DNA of 64,000 bases from Eledone cirrhosa (Eukaryota): positions 143,468,001 through 143,532,000 of the forward strand of contig OZ024741.1 in NCBI GenBank assembly GCA_964016885.1, in the 5' to 3' direction. The translations under genes were made by a program, and so were the position numbers. The notes under the pieces are model-generated. The model ran no database searches. It was given only the letters and a program-made list of their open reading frames with translations, and was not told where the DNA came from. Below are positions 24,288-37,904 of this stretch, piece after piece. Position 1 is the first letter of the stretch. Each line of letters starts with the position of its first letter.

Positions 24288-25613
24288 GTATGTATAGAAA
24301 TTCTTTCTCTTTTTTTTTTTAAAGAATTATTATTGCAAAACTACTGGACATATCGTTACTCGCTGTCTCTTTGAAACTAGAGTGAAACCATTACCATTAT
24401 CTAATGTTTCTTTGAAAATAGAGTAAATTGATGTGAAGAAACATTAGTTATTCCAAATCGTTATCCAGAACTTTAAGAAACATCTTAAAACTGGGGTTTT
24501 TGAATAGAGAGAACACCTTGATGTCTGCAGCATCCTTAGAGGCAGATGGGGACATTGATTTTCACCTGACACAGGACCAACAACTTAGCTGCAAATAGCC
24601 CCCCCCCCCCCCTTTCCCTGGTGAAATTGTTGGTGTATTTTATATGGTAATAGGGCCTCTTCCTACTCTTAATTATTAATTTTCTTCGACAACTTATTCC
24701 TGGCAGAGTCCTTAGACAGGCCTTCTCAGGGGTCCTATCAGAAGCAACTATTTCCAAGAGAAATAGCAACCAAGCTAACCCGCTAACCCTAACCTTAACC
24801 CTTCTGAGGAATCCCATTTTGGCCAATTGTGTTCTCGATCATATTCTTTCGGTCGTTACCCAAGATTCATGATCATAGGTGAGAGTAGGCACAAACACTG
24901 AATTGAAGCTAGTATGGCTTTTACACCTACCTCCCTTGTGCTGAAGCATTACGGCAACAGTTCCTGCGAGGACTCTTTTTATATTTAAATGGCTTTTCCA
25001 ATGGAACCCCCACAACAATTACTCCCCTCCTACGTTGTTATATAGCAGGAATAACATTCAAAAAAGAGAAACGTTTATACTTAGAGAAAACTGGATACCC
25101 AAAAGTATGTGTATATTATGTTTTTAACAAAGTACTGGGTCCCAGGCTGAGAATGCTGTAATAGAATGAGAGAAAGACACAGTAGTGTGTGCATATTATC
25201 TTTTTAAAGAACTGGCAACTACAGTTGTAGAATGTTTTTGCCTGAAGACTATAATTGATAGGTTTCCAAAGCTCGAAAGTGAGTGAGAATGTTTCTTTAT
25301 TTTGTATGTGTGTGGGTGTGAATGTGTGTACAGCTGTGTGATGAAGGCTCTGATGGTAAACATAACATACCTTATGAGATGATAAAATCTCACTCTTACA
25401 ACTTAGATGTTATTGTGTTCCTATGAATTGAAGTCATTAGAACATAGGACAAAATAGATTCTAGAGTCTGTCTCAAGCCCGGAGGCTCATTGGGCTAGTA
25501 CTTATCTTGGTTTTCTTGGTGTTAAATGACAGAATACATTACTTCCCCCATGAGAGGTTGCCAGTCCATTGCAGGGTTAAGCCACCCGCTACTGCTGGTA
25601 CTCATTTTCAGTT

Positions 25614-26098
25614 GAAGTGGTTGATAGCTTCTGCTATCTAGGTGACCTAATTAACAGCAGAGGAGGGTGCTCTAAGAACATAATAGCTAAAATAGGGATA
25701 GGATGGAAGAAGTTTAGAGAGCTACTTCTACTGTTGACAACTAAAGGTTTCTCCCTCCGTACAAAAGGATGGCTTCATTAGATGTGCAATTTAAATGTGA
25801 GAGAAAGACGAACTCTGGATGAACTGAGGGAGAAACTGGGTTTAAGAGGAATCTGAAGTGGTTTGTAAGTGAGAAGACTGCATTGATATGGACATGTGAA
25901 TGACATGGCTGATGGTGGCTGCATGAAGAAGTGCCAGGAAATCCCAGTGGCTAGAAGCTGCAGTCAAGGTGGACTAAAGAATACCTGGGTAAAGGTGAGA
26001 CTCACAGAAGAGATGACAAAGGAACGTGATGAGTAGATAGATGCTACGCTGAAAAGGACCCATCCAACCCACATGAGCGTGGAAAAACAATGATGACA
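25614..26098 (+). mobile_element. Degraded RTE 3' fragment nested in a SINE
   Basis: EVVDSFCYLGD...GWKKFRELL with frameshifts; splits a minus-strand SINE (about 25480-25613 and 26100-26195) whose intact form is at about 29700-29965. Confidence 0.8.
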
Positions 26099-26324
26099 AT
26101 GTACTGAAGCAACATAAACTGAAGTGTTTCGCTCAAGAACACAGAAATCGAATTCATGACATTTTGATCGTAACTCCAGTACCCTAACCATTCAACCATA
26201 CAATATGAAAAATACCCAACTAATTAGTCTGGCTCTCTGCTCAAATTCCTCCTAGGTTGACTTTGTTTGTCATCTTTTCTGTGTCCGTAAAATAGTGCAA
26301 CAGTACAAGGAGATGCTTTATAGT

Positions 26325-26770
26325 ATTTTTTATTTTATTAATGTAGCAATGGCTGATGTAATAAAAAGAATGTCTTAAGTTCCCAAAGTGTACTTACACA
26401 TTGCTACTCCAATGATAAAGTGTGGAGGGAGTTCTCAGGACCGTGGGAGCCCAGATGTAGGCTGTTTCATAATCCCAGTGGACTGAATAGGAAAACGTTG
26501 CCCCAGAGAATAACAAGGGAGGCACATTGGAATAGCCATTCCAACTTGTGGGCTCACTTTTGTGGGTGGCCAATTCCACCCCAATTGTAGTGAGTAGGAA
26601 TGTGGTCTGGGGACCAAGAGCACTGGAAGTCTCCACCACTATAGGTTCAATGATAAACCAATCAGAGTGATTAATACTTCAGCTTGATGGGCAACATGTC
26701 CTGGGTCTGTCACCGAATGCACCAGGTTGTTGCTAGAGAGGGTGTCATTGCATCTAGCATCCCATGGATG
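26325..26770 (-). mobile_element. 3' fragment of a CRE-like non-LTR element (restriction-like endonuclease region)
   Basis: WDARCNDTL...VAHQAE / FIIEPIVVETSSALGP...IG..L / WLFQ..S..I.WGN across frameshifts; aataaaataaaaaa 3' end. Confidence 0.6.
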
Positions 26771-27035
26771 GTAGACTTAATTTGTCACTTAGTTTAACAC
26801 TACCATCACTGACCTTTGGATAACTTTTTGTGAAGTTCACTCTGTTGCAAGCATTCAGACCAGATCTCTAGTTTTTAGCTAGCTTACTCTGACTAAACAA
26901 ACCCTCACTAGAGAAAATTACACTAGTATATCATCTGTGGTACATCCATCATCAGAGTTTGTAAATTATGATTTAATTTCAATTAAATGTTCCTCTCAAC
27001 AAAATTCTCATATCAACTTTATTTCTCTTTGCTAG

Positions 27036-27147
27036 GTATTTGCCACCAGAATGTTTTGTGGTTGGCAAAACTCCTCCAAAAATTTCTTCCCGAGTGGATG
27101 TTTGGTCTGTTGGTGTGATATTTTACCAGTGCCTATATGGTAAAAAG
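27036..27147 (+). CDS. TLK: TLK exon, subdomains VIII-IX
   Basis: gctag acceptor; [37 protein letters not shown]; gtacag donor. Confidence 0.96.
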
Positions 27148-27509
27148 GTACAGTAATTGGTTTTTTGTTTTGTTTTTTTTCTCTGCTGTTGTATCACTTT
27201 GGTTTCTTTTTCAGTTTACAGCCATAATTTCTGCACATTTATCACATTTAAAATCGGTGTTTAACATCCTGTACCACATGAAATCATATTAACAAAGTAT
27301 AATACAGCACTAAGACTGCATCACATTAAAAATTAAGAGTCTTTCTTTTAATTTACTGCAACTGTTTACAATAATGTATCAACTAGTAAAGATAGTATAA
27401 ACAGATATTTTCTGCTAGATCAGTATGGGATGTTAAGAGTTACTATCTTATTGTTCATTGTGTTTGATGTTTATGATGTTCATGGTGTTTTCTTGTATCT
27501 CTTCTTCAG

Positions 27510-27617
27510 CCTTTTGGGCACAATCTGTCTCAAGCTGCCATTCTGGAAGAAAACACGATATTGAAAGCTACAGATGTAGAATTTCCTTCAAGACCACCAG
27601 TTAGTAGTGAAGCAAAG
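27510..27617 (+). CDS. TLK: TLK exon, subdomain X
   Basis: ttcag acceptor; [36 protein letters not shown]; gtatgg donor. Confidence 0.95.
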
Positions 27618-27882
27618 GTATGGGTCACAATGACAAACTGTTGAGATCAGTATAAATGTTGGTCTTTTCCTTACTTTTTTTAAAATTTACTAGGCAATTT
27701 AACCTCATCTGAGTGTATGTCTTTATATCTATGCTGCATATCAAGAGATTCTATCATTGACAATCATCTGGTATTTTATTCTTATTTCTGGATTGCGGTG
27801 TGTCAGTGTGCCTCTGTGTGTGTGTATACATATGTATGTATATATATATGTGTGTGTGTGTGTATATACATAAGTATGTGTC

Positions 27883-28333
27883 TCATCATCATCATCATTT
27901 AACATCTATCTTCCACGCTAGCATGGGTTAGACGGGAATTGTCCCACTTGAGGCAAGATTGGTCGGGTGACCATGTCTCGCTCGCATAGGACTATCTGGT
28001 AGGTTTTCTACGGCTGGTTGCCCTTCATAACACCAACCACATTTACAGTGTGGGACTGGGAGGTTTTTACCGTGTTACCTACACGGCCACATTACAGCAT
28101 GGACTGTGTGTTTTTTTGTGGTGACACCAACACGACCTCATTAGTTTGGACTGGATGTTGTGGTACCAACATAGCTTTACAGAGGAAGGGTGGTGTTGGT
28201 GGGAGTGGGAGGATGGAGTAGGGGTAGTGGGTTGGGGCGTATATTTGGTTAAGAGGAACCTACTGACTGTAGGTTTCGCTTTGTACGTAGGCAAGGCGGG
28301 TCTTCTGTATTACTGCATGGCGCCAAAGATCAC
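27883..28333 (-). mobile_element. RTE 3'-end fragment (same subfamily as 32534)
   Basis: Reverse-complement match to about 33285-33700, with (ATC)n tail. Confidence 0.85.
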
Positions 28334-29699
28334 TGCATTCATTGTTAATTCTAACCTTGCTGACTGTTTCTTTATACATAGCTGTATAGCTCTCACAAGC
28401 CATTAATCTCCACGTATATATATATTTTTCCCTCTTTAGGGGTATTTTAGCCAGTTTCCTAATTCATTATGGTTATTTTCTGCATTCAGGATTTCTACAT
28501 TTTCCCAGAATTTCAAAATCTACACAACCAATGCTCCGATAGTTTATTTTCAATATATATAAACAAATTTAATAAGTTGAGAAATAAACTATGTTAAAGT
28601 TTGTCATGATAATTTAAAGCTCAATGTGCTTGTACAATTTGTAAATATAAAGAACAAATTCATCCGAGGTGTAATTTATAAGGTAAAAATCAAAGAGCAT
28701 AAATAATATATTAATACAACCAAGAGTTTAGAAAGAGATTTATACTATTTTAAAATGGTATATATGTATGTACCCATCGCTCTTGCTAGAGTTGTAGGGG
28801 CGTTATATTGACATACGGTGATCTTGGGTACTTTTTAAACCTGGCAGAACCCATCTTCACTCCAGTATATGAGTGGTTCTATTTTTATCGACCTTGTACT
28901 GATAATTCGTGATGAAGTTGTAGAGGTGCTGTAGTTAAATATGCCGTTTCTTGGGCATCTTAAAAACCTGGCAGAGCGTATCTCTTTTTCTTCCAGAGAA
29001 GGAGATATAAAGCAAGAATCGACTGGGCTGGTATCTTTTTATCAATCGTGAAGGATGAAAGGTAAAGTTGAGCTCAGCGGGGTTTGAACTGAAAGCACAG
29101 AGAGCCAGAGTGAATACCACAAACGTTTTAACATGTGTGCCAATTCATTGCCTCTAAATCACACTCTCCTTACTGTGGAAACGCACACCTATTAGACAAT
29201 GTTCAAAATAGTTCTGGGTATTCAAAATGATAGGATGGTTGCATATTTTTTTATGTGTGCACAGTAAGGGCTGGATGAGGCTAAAATACAACAGGTCCCA
29301 ATCAGACATCATAATGATGGATGCTGCCGTTGCTTCTAGTGTGTATATTTGTATTAGTTGTAGTCTGATATGTTTATTGGTTCTAGTGTGTGTTTGTGTT
29401 TGCGTCTGTATGTTTTGTTTCCAGTTGTTCAGTCAATAGAACTACTTACTCATTGTACCGAGCCTTTGAATACCTATATAACCCATGCAACAGGTTTCCA
29501 CTATGTTTGTCAATCCAATTTCACTTCAATAACTTATGTTGACCTGACCTATCCTGAAAGTCACTGACCTAATGTACCATGGAACTGAATTAAACCCGGA
29601 ATCTCATAGTTGACAAACATTTAAAATCACTAGTCATGTTACTAAAGGGAGAGCACTCAACCATCACTTAAAGGGAAGTCACTCCTCCATTAAGCCTTA

Positions 29700-29965
29700 T
29701 ATCTCAGAGGCTCATTAGACCAGTGTTTATCCTGGTTTCCTTGACTTTAAGCAACTGAGATTACAAGACCCCTCCCTGGACAGAACGTCAGACCATTGTT
29801 GGATTAAACCCCCAGCTATTGCTGGTACCATTTTCAGCTGAATTTACTAGAGCAACATCAAATGAAGTGTTTTGCTGAAGAACGCAACACAACCTCGTCA
29901 AGGAATCGAACCCATGACATTATGATCATAAGTCCAACAACTTAACCAGTAGACCATCCGCTTTC
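29700..29965 (-). mobile_element. tRNA-derived SINE family C
   Basis: ggaatcgaaccc (reverse B-box); homologous to the split copy at 25480-26195. Confidence 0.65.
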
Positions 29966-30419
29966 ACAAGAACTTTCCAATCTGTTCAAAACCATCTTAT
30001 GCCACAGCAGAAGATTCAGTATCAACAATGTGAACTACTAAATTAATTCTCTGAGATGATCTATATGAAAAATATTCTGTGATATGAAATCACACACTGA
30101 TAACAGTGGAATGGTTACTATGACACACACACACACACATAACTTCACGTACTGTTAACATTTTCTTAGTCTACAGCAGCTGGCAACTTTGTATAATGGT
30201 TACTATGATTTGCCTAATTGGAACACATTCAGCTTCCTTAACTGGGACATGGAGCACATGTAGTTTTTCTAATTGTAACCCTTTCATAGACCACAACAGC
30301 CAGCACAGTTTACAACAATAGGCAATCCAAGTAATAGTTACTATGATATATATGTATAATGGAATGTAGGTTTTTTTTAATTCTCAGTGGTTTTTTTTTT
30401 TTTTTATTATTCTTTACAG

Positions 30420-30520
30420 TCGTTTATAAAGAAATGTTTACAATACAGAAAAGAAGACAGACCCGATGTGTTAACACTTTCCTTTGACGACTATCTCAAA
30501 CCCACAGCTTTAAAGTCAAA
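30420..30520 (+). CDS. TLK: TLK exon, subdomain XI
   Basis: tttacag acceptor; SFIKKCLQYRKEDRPDVLTLSFDDYLKPTALKS; gtaagt donor, phase 2. Confidence 0.93.
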
Positions 30521-32533
30521 GTAAGTAACCTTCACAAACAACTCTTTTGTAGCAATTGTCTCCCTTGAATCTTCTGTACAGCTGTAAAGGAATCTTTCAC
30601 GAACAACTCTTTCATGGCAATTATCTCTCATGAATATTTATTTAATCAATTTAAAGGTCCATATAGAGCTAGAAACCATGACAGACTGAGTGAGGTACCT
30701 AGTACTCCTTACACTTAAACAAAAAAAAACAGATAAAGAATGAAAAACAGGGACAACTAGCTATAAATCAGTTAAAAGTTTCTGCTGTTGAATATTCTGT
30801 ACATCTTTATTAAAGAACTGTCCTGAATCGTGAGGAAACCATAGAGTAATACTACAATGATCATTGAAAACATATCATATACGTTGTGCTTCAATTAAAA
30901 GAGAAAAGTATGCATAGAAACCAGAAAATTACGGTTTTCATTCTGGTTAAAATGTTCATCACAGCTATAGATAGTGTGGCAGTGTTGTTACAGTATTAGA
31001 TTATATATAGCGGGTCCAATCAGGATTGTTGAAGAAAGAAGTTAAGATTTGAGTTTTGTAACATGCTAACAGATTAGTAGCATCAGAAAACAAGGTTGTA
31101 GAAATACATCAGCCTTTCGTGATTCTATTTCTAATGAAATCTACTGCCTATATATTTTAAATTAATTTTGTAAATAAAATAATAAAATTGGAGAAATTTG
31201 ATAAAATAACTAACATCTTCCATCATAATTTTATTTAAGAAATCTTTGTTAAATGGTGCTAATAAGTATCATTTAGCAATGATGTCTTAAATAAAATTAT
31301 GGTGGAAGTTTTTAATATAGATATGAACACATTAAAATTGATAGTTTTGTATTATAAAATCAAGGTTGGCTTCAGGTTGGTTGGTATGATGTAGAAATGG
31401 TTAAAGTAACCATATCTGCCAAAAATGAAGTTGTGTTGCTGTACTAGAGAGAGATTGGTACAACTGTAGAAAACTTGCCAAACAAACAGTCAAAAAGACT
31501 CTTTAGCTGTGTCAAAGACATGATAGTCTCCCTAGTGCTAGTGCCACAATAAAATGCATGATGATGACATGCAATGGTAATGCCATAGAATAAGATTGGA
31601 CTTAAAACAATTTATTGAAGCATTCTGTTCTGAATTGGTGACCTTGCTACTTATGACAAGAATACCTGTGTTTTGATATATTACCTACATGACCAACTTT
31701 GCTACAGTTTTCTGGGTTGAAACTGTGCTGGTTATGTGACTTAGCAAATAATTTTTCTCTGGTAACTTAATCAATTTGTTTCTCATAATTCTTTTGACAA
31801 CCTTGACATTGCTGATATGTCAAGTGAGTGAGAGATAGCGTTGTAGTATTTAACATCTGTTCAATATAAGAATATATAAAGTGGTGTGGCTGGAGGAATT
31901 TGGAATTCTTTTAGAACATGTGTGTGTATATATATATATATATCATCATTTAACATAAATTTTCCATACTTACACAGGTTAGACAGGTTGTCACGTACTG
32001 AGGCTGTACTGGCCAGGTGACCACGTCTTGCCCATCTCTTCCAATTTTTGGCTTGGTTTCTATGGTTGGATGCCTGCCCTATAACCAAATTATATATAAA
32101 ATATATATATATATATTCTTTATTATGGCTAAGAAATGAGTCTTATCTGATCTTGTGAATAAAAAGACATCACTTAGCATAGTAAAAAATATCTAAACTC
32201 TTTGGTATTAAGTACACATTCTCACACAGATATATATATATATATATATCGACTTTCGTCAAATCAGATCGAGGAAACGTTTCCATTGGTCTTTCCAATG
32301 GAATACTAATACTATCTATTGGTCTCAACTCTAGGTAGAATGAGCAACGTAAAATAAAGTGTCTTGCCCAAGGACATAACGCATCAACCGGTCCGAGAAT
32401 CAAACTTACAACCTCACGATTGTGAATCCAATTCTCTAACCACTCAGCCACGCACCTTCACTTATATATATATATATATATATTTATTATTATTACTATA
32501 TATATATATATTATTATTACTATTATTATTATT

Positions 32534-33704
32534 GGGAAATGGCCATGCTCCGGGTGTAGGAAAGGAGTAGGCAGAAACTCCATTTTATGTCCCAAATGCA
32601 AAGTATGGGTGCATAAAAGATGTAGTGGGATCACAGGTAAGCTAACTAAGAATATAGATTTTATATGTGGCCGGTGCTCTGGTGCAATAAGTAGCAGCAA
32701 GTGCCCACAGAATACTAGCTCATTCCATTGCACAGATGGTTCTATAGAAATAGTGGACACCTTCCGTTACCTGGGTGACAAAATCAGCAGTGGTGGAGGG
32801 TGCTCTGAAAGTACAGTAGCCAGAGTCAGAACGGGATGGAAAAAGTTCAGAGAGCTTATACCACTATTGGCCGCTAAGGGTTTCTCTCTAAAAATGAAAA
32901 GCAGGCTGTATGATGCCTGCATACGAACAGCAATGTTACATGGCAGTGAGACCTGGGCATTGTGTGCAGAGGATATACGCAGACTGGAGAGGAACGAAGC
33001 TTGCATGCTCCGCTGGATGTGTAATAGTAATATACGTGAACGGCAAAGCATAAACGAACTAAGGGAGAAATTAGGAATAAGAGGAATCAGATGTTGTTTA
33101 CTCGAGAGAAGACTACGTTGGTATGGTCACGTGATGCACATGAAAGACGACAGCTGTATAAAAAAGTGCAGGGCGATAAAAATAGACGGTAGCCACGGAG
33201 TAGGCAGACCCAGAAAAACCTGGGACGACTTGATAAATTCCGACCTCACACACTTACACCTCTCCAAGACAATGTCACTGGACCGAGATCTTTGACGCTA
33301 CACAGTAATACAGAAGACCCGCCTTCCCAAAGTACAAAGCGAAACCTACAGTCAGTAGGCACCTCTAACAAAAATACACCCCCGTTCCACCACCACCACC
33401 CTTTTCGATGTAAAGTTATGTTGGTACCACAACATCCAGTCCAAAATAAATGAGGTCGTGTAGGTGTCACGAAAAAAAAACACACAGTCCACGCTGTAAT
33501 GTGGCCATGTAGGTAACACGGTAAAAACCTCCCAGTCCACACTGTAAACGTGGTTGGTGTTAGGAAGGGCATCCAGCCGTAGAAAACCCGCCAGACAGTC
33601 CTATACGAGCAAGACAACCAATCTTGCCTCAAGTGGGAAAATTCCCGTCCAAACCCATACAAGCGTGGAAGATGGACGTTAAACGATGATGATGATGATA
33701 ATGA
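32534..33704 (+). mobile_element. 5'-truncated RTE copy (same subfamily as 5117)
   Basis: Starts at GKWPCSGC; ORF 32609-33295; (GAT)n tail; inserted in TA/TTA-rich sequence. Confidence 0.9.
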
Positions 33705-34978
33705 CTATATATATATATAAAACATCATCACCGTTTAACATCCATTTTTCACTATAGCGTGGGTTAGACAATTTGTCCTGTTGTGCGACAAGTCAGATCA
33801 AGTAACCATGTCTTGCTTATACAGAACTTTCTATGGCTGAATGCCCACCAGATTTACAATGTGGACTGACTGCTTTTTGTCATGTCACCAACTCAACCAC
33901 TTTACAAAGTGGACTAGGTTCTTTTTCTCCAAATGTGAGCATGATGTAGTCTTCAACCTGTATTGGAATGCTGTAACTCTAAATAAGAACTGACTCAGAC
34001 TAACAACCTGCCCAACCCATGCCAGCATGGAAAGCTGATATATAATAATGATAATAACACTAGATAGCATATCACTGGGCTCTAGAATCACCAGTAGTCA
34101 GTTGGCAAAGTGAAATGACTATTATAATTATTTGGTTTGGAAATTCATCTCTCATCTGTTTTTGTGTTAATAGTGATGGGATTTCTCCCATCAAGAGTAA
34201 CATAGAAGTATTCAGTTTGTTCATTCAACTGAACTTCTATCTACTGATTGTATTAATATGTAAATGACTGCTGGTTATTCCACAGACAAGTGTATCCTTA
34301 ACGTAAAACCATGTGACACATTGCGACAACGCTAGACCTTTGAATCACAACTACTGTAATTTGTCTCTTAAGTATTAATCCTTTTGTTGACATATTTCTA
34401 ATGAAAGAAACTGCCTGTGATTTTCAAATAATTTTGAAAATAATCAAGAATTTGGTGAGATTTAGTCATATAACTTTCTCATTATTAAACTGGTGTTTGA
34501 AGAATAACTTAAAGGTTCTTACATAAATGTACGATGGAAGGTTTTTAGATAAATATAAAGTTTTGAAAACAAACAGTTTTATATCATAGAAATGGGGCCA
34601 GTTTCAGGCAGTTTGGTATCAAAAGAATTAAATATATTTGAGGCAATGTAGATTTGTATTTGAATAACAGTTGTTATAATGCAAATTTTATGAAATAATA
34701 AGAGGGTCTTGGAGTTTGCTTGAAGCTTTGTGTAAAGTATAAAAAATAGTGTTTTAATATACAAGGCTTTCAGCAATGCAAATGGGGCATGAAATGCTAA
34801 CAACAATAATAACAAAGACGTTGGAGCATTACCTTTGAGTAGTTTAATGGTCTTTATATTTATGGATAAAATCCCTACAATTTTAAAATAATCTTTTCTT
34901 ATTTTGTTTTTTATAGTCCCTATATTTCGGGATAGAATGACTTCATCAATGTTTAATTTTTTTTTTTTTTTTTTCCAG

Positions 34979-35093
34979 ACATTTTGGTGAAAGCATTTGT
35001 GGCTCGTCTGGTGTTTCTTCCACTTCCCTGCCGGGCCCATCACTCACCATCAGTCAAACTCCCAACTTCACATTTGGAGATAAGCATTCATAG
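34979..35093 (+). CDS. TLK: Probable TLK terminal coding exon (Ser-rich tail, TAG stop)
   Basis: Long T tract plus ccag acceptor; phase 2 continues in frame as HFGESICGSSGVSSTSLPGPSLTISQTPNFTFGDKHS*; followed by low-complexity UTR-like sequence. Confidence 0.8.
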
Positions 35094-36171
35094 CCACTAT
35101 TAATATCACCGCTATAACGTGGTTCAGTCATCAGGAAGAGATATGGGGGGGGGAGCTAGCGATGACGACAAGTAAGGGATGAGAGAGAAAGAGAGACAGA
35201 GAGTGTGGGCATGAGAGGGAAAAGAGGGAGAGTGGGTGGTTGTGTTGTTGATGTTGGTGTTGGTGGAGGTGTTGGTGGCAGTAGTAGTGGAGGTGTAGGC
35301 AAAGGGAACATGTATGTATATATGTATGTACGTGTGGGAGGGCGGGGGGGAAACTGTGTGAGAAAGAAGAGTGAGAGGTAGACTGAAAACAAATCAATGA
35401 TGATACAGAAGAGAATGGAAGGCAGACAGAGATAGAGAAAGAGGACAATTTACTGAGCATTTGACTGGGTGTTGGGGAGGGGGGTAAGAAAAAAAAACAC
35501 CAACACTCCCTCACCTCTCTTCCATCTCAGAAAAGAAGAAGGAAACGGACACAAGCAACAACAACATCAACATTTACAACAGGAAGAACTTCACCAATGG
35601 TGGATGAAGCTGCTCTATTCTACCAAAGGAACCAAGCCGCTAACATCCACCACAACCAACATCATCATCATCCTCATCATCACCAAACACCGCTGCTGCC
35701 ACCGCCGCGAACACCTCCACCTCTGTCCGTTGCACCAGAATTTTTTTTTCTTTGGTCATGTTCATTTGGTTGTTATGGCAGACTGATCATCCACCAACAT
35801 CATCATCATCGTCATCATCGTTATTACCACCATCATCATCATCATTGCCATCACCACCAACACCCCTACATTACCACAGCCACCACAACAACAACTACTT
35901 CTCCTACAGCCATCATCAGAAGAAGTACAACAGATTCTCTTCCTCTTCCACCTCCAACTGAGCCTCCTACCACTACTATCACTCCTCCTGGTCCTCATTC
36001 CCCCTCTTCAATATATACATACATACATTACATGCCTGTAATAGGTGGCGCTGCTTGCTGCTGTCACTTCCTGCTCTGGTTCACCATCACATCCCTTCTC
36101 TCTGCCCTCCCCATCAACTATACAGGAGATAAACAGCTACCCCACCCATATCACCATATACACATACATAT

Positions 36172-36270
36172 TGTGTGTGTGTATATATATATATTGTATA
36201 TATATATATATATTATGTATATATATATATTGTATATATATATATATATATATATTATGTATATATATAT

Positions 36271-36345
<75 letters not shown>

Positions 36346-36370
36346 ATATGTATATATATATATATGTATA
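36172..36370. repeat. (TA)n/(TG)n microsatellite in the probable TLK 3' UTR
   Basis: Direct sequence; similar (TA)n tracts at 37858-37901 and 53718-53768, (CT)n at 17670, 18130, 51593 and 52770. Confidence 0.95.
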
Positions 36371-37852
36371 AGATTTCTGCATATTTTTATGCATTTGTAC
36401 ATACAATATATACTCACAGACATACATATTGTGTGTGTGTATTTATATATATATATCAATTTTGAATGTTTATTAGCTTCAATGCAGGTTTTTGACAATG
36501 AAAAATAGTCTAACAAGTTGGAGATATAATCCCCTAGAGACAGAAAAAACTCCCACAAGCGACGCTGTCCACTTTTTCCCCCTCTGTAGGGGCTTATATG
36601 CCCAACTTCTTAGACTATTTATCATTGGTGAAATCCTGTGTTGAAACTGTTAACTTAAAGCTAAGATACTTTCAAAATTCATCTTTCGCTCAGTGCTACA
36701 AAAATGCAATTATATTTATATATATATATATATATATATGTACATTTGGCCCAATCCGATGATTATATATATATATATTAAGGAAGTATATTTAGAAAGC
36801 ATCGAGTGGAGTTTGAAAATTGAAATAGACCATAACTAAATAAAATAGTCAAGTAACGGGACGTATAAACTCAATCAATGGAAAAAGATGGATATCAGCA
36901 CGTATGGGATACTGTTACACAGATTTTTCCATTCAGTGGATTTATACACCTCATTATTAGACTATTTTATTTAGTCAAAAAGTTACGGCAAATTCATCTA
37001 TTTCAATATGTATATATATTTATACATATATATATATATACATGCATATATATATATATGTGTATGTATGTGCATGCACACGACTCATTCACTTGCTCTC
37101 ACACTCACTCATAATCTCACATTCAGGCTGGAGTTCCAATGTCTACACACACACAGACACACTCACACACACACTCACACACACGAAGGTGAGAGAAAGA
37201 TAGAGAGAGAGAGATAGAAAGGGAGGCCAACATGGCTGATTACTCCTTGCCAAGTTCACTAGCTCACCCTCCCCCCTCCAGCCCCCTCCGATAGTGACTC
37301 TATTTGAGAAAGAAAGAAAGTAAGTAAGAAAGAAGGAAAGAAAGAGAAAAGAATAATATAAACAAACACATTGAAAAAAAAAGAAAAAAAACTGACATAG
37401 AAACAAGCTAAAAAAAATAATAATAATAATAATAATAAAAATGAATTCTTGTGTATTTCTCCTTTTTCTTCTTCCTCTTCTACTTTTGCTTATTCATGGT
37501 CAACATTATTTTAGTGTTATCAACTCATCAATGGGACAGCATCATTGTCACCACATCACCACTATCATGTTTTATATATTTCTCTTTCAGGTGGTTCTTT
37601 ATGGATCTATCTATACATACATATATTTACACACACACACATACATACATGTGTGCCTACTACCTGTGTTTATCTGTCTGTCTATTAATATTTATCTATT
37701 TCTGCTTCTTTCCTTCTAGGTATTTGGTTTGATTGTTGTTGTTACTCTCTGTGTATGTGTGTGTGTGAAGAATTTGCAAAACAACTAAAAATAAGACCAC
37801 ATTAATTATAGCCATAACTACAATAACACTTGAAAAAAAAGTAAAAGTTATT

Positions 37853-37904
<52 letters not shown>

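Noticed and set aside
24775-24801. Telomere-like ctaacccgctaaccctaaccttaaccc
   Set aside because: Only about four imperfect units inside an unclassified repeat; too short to interpret
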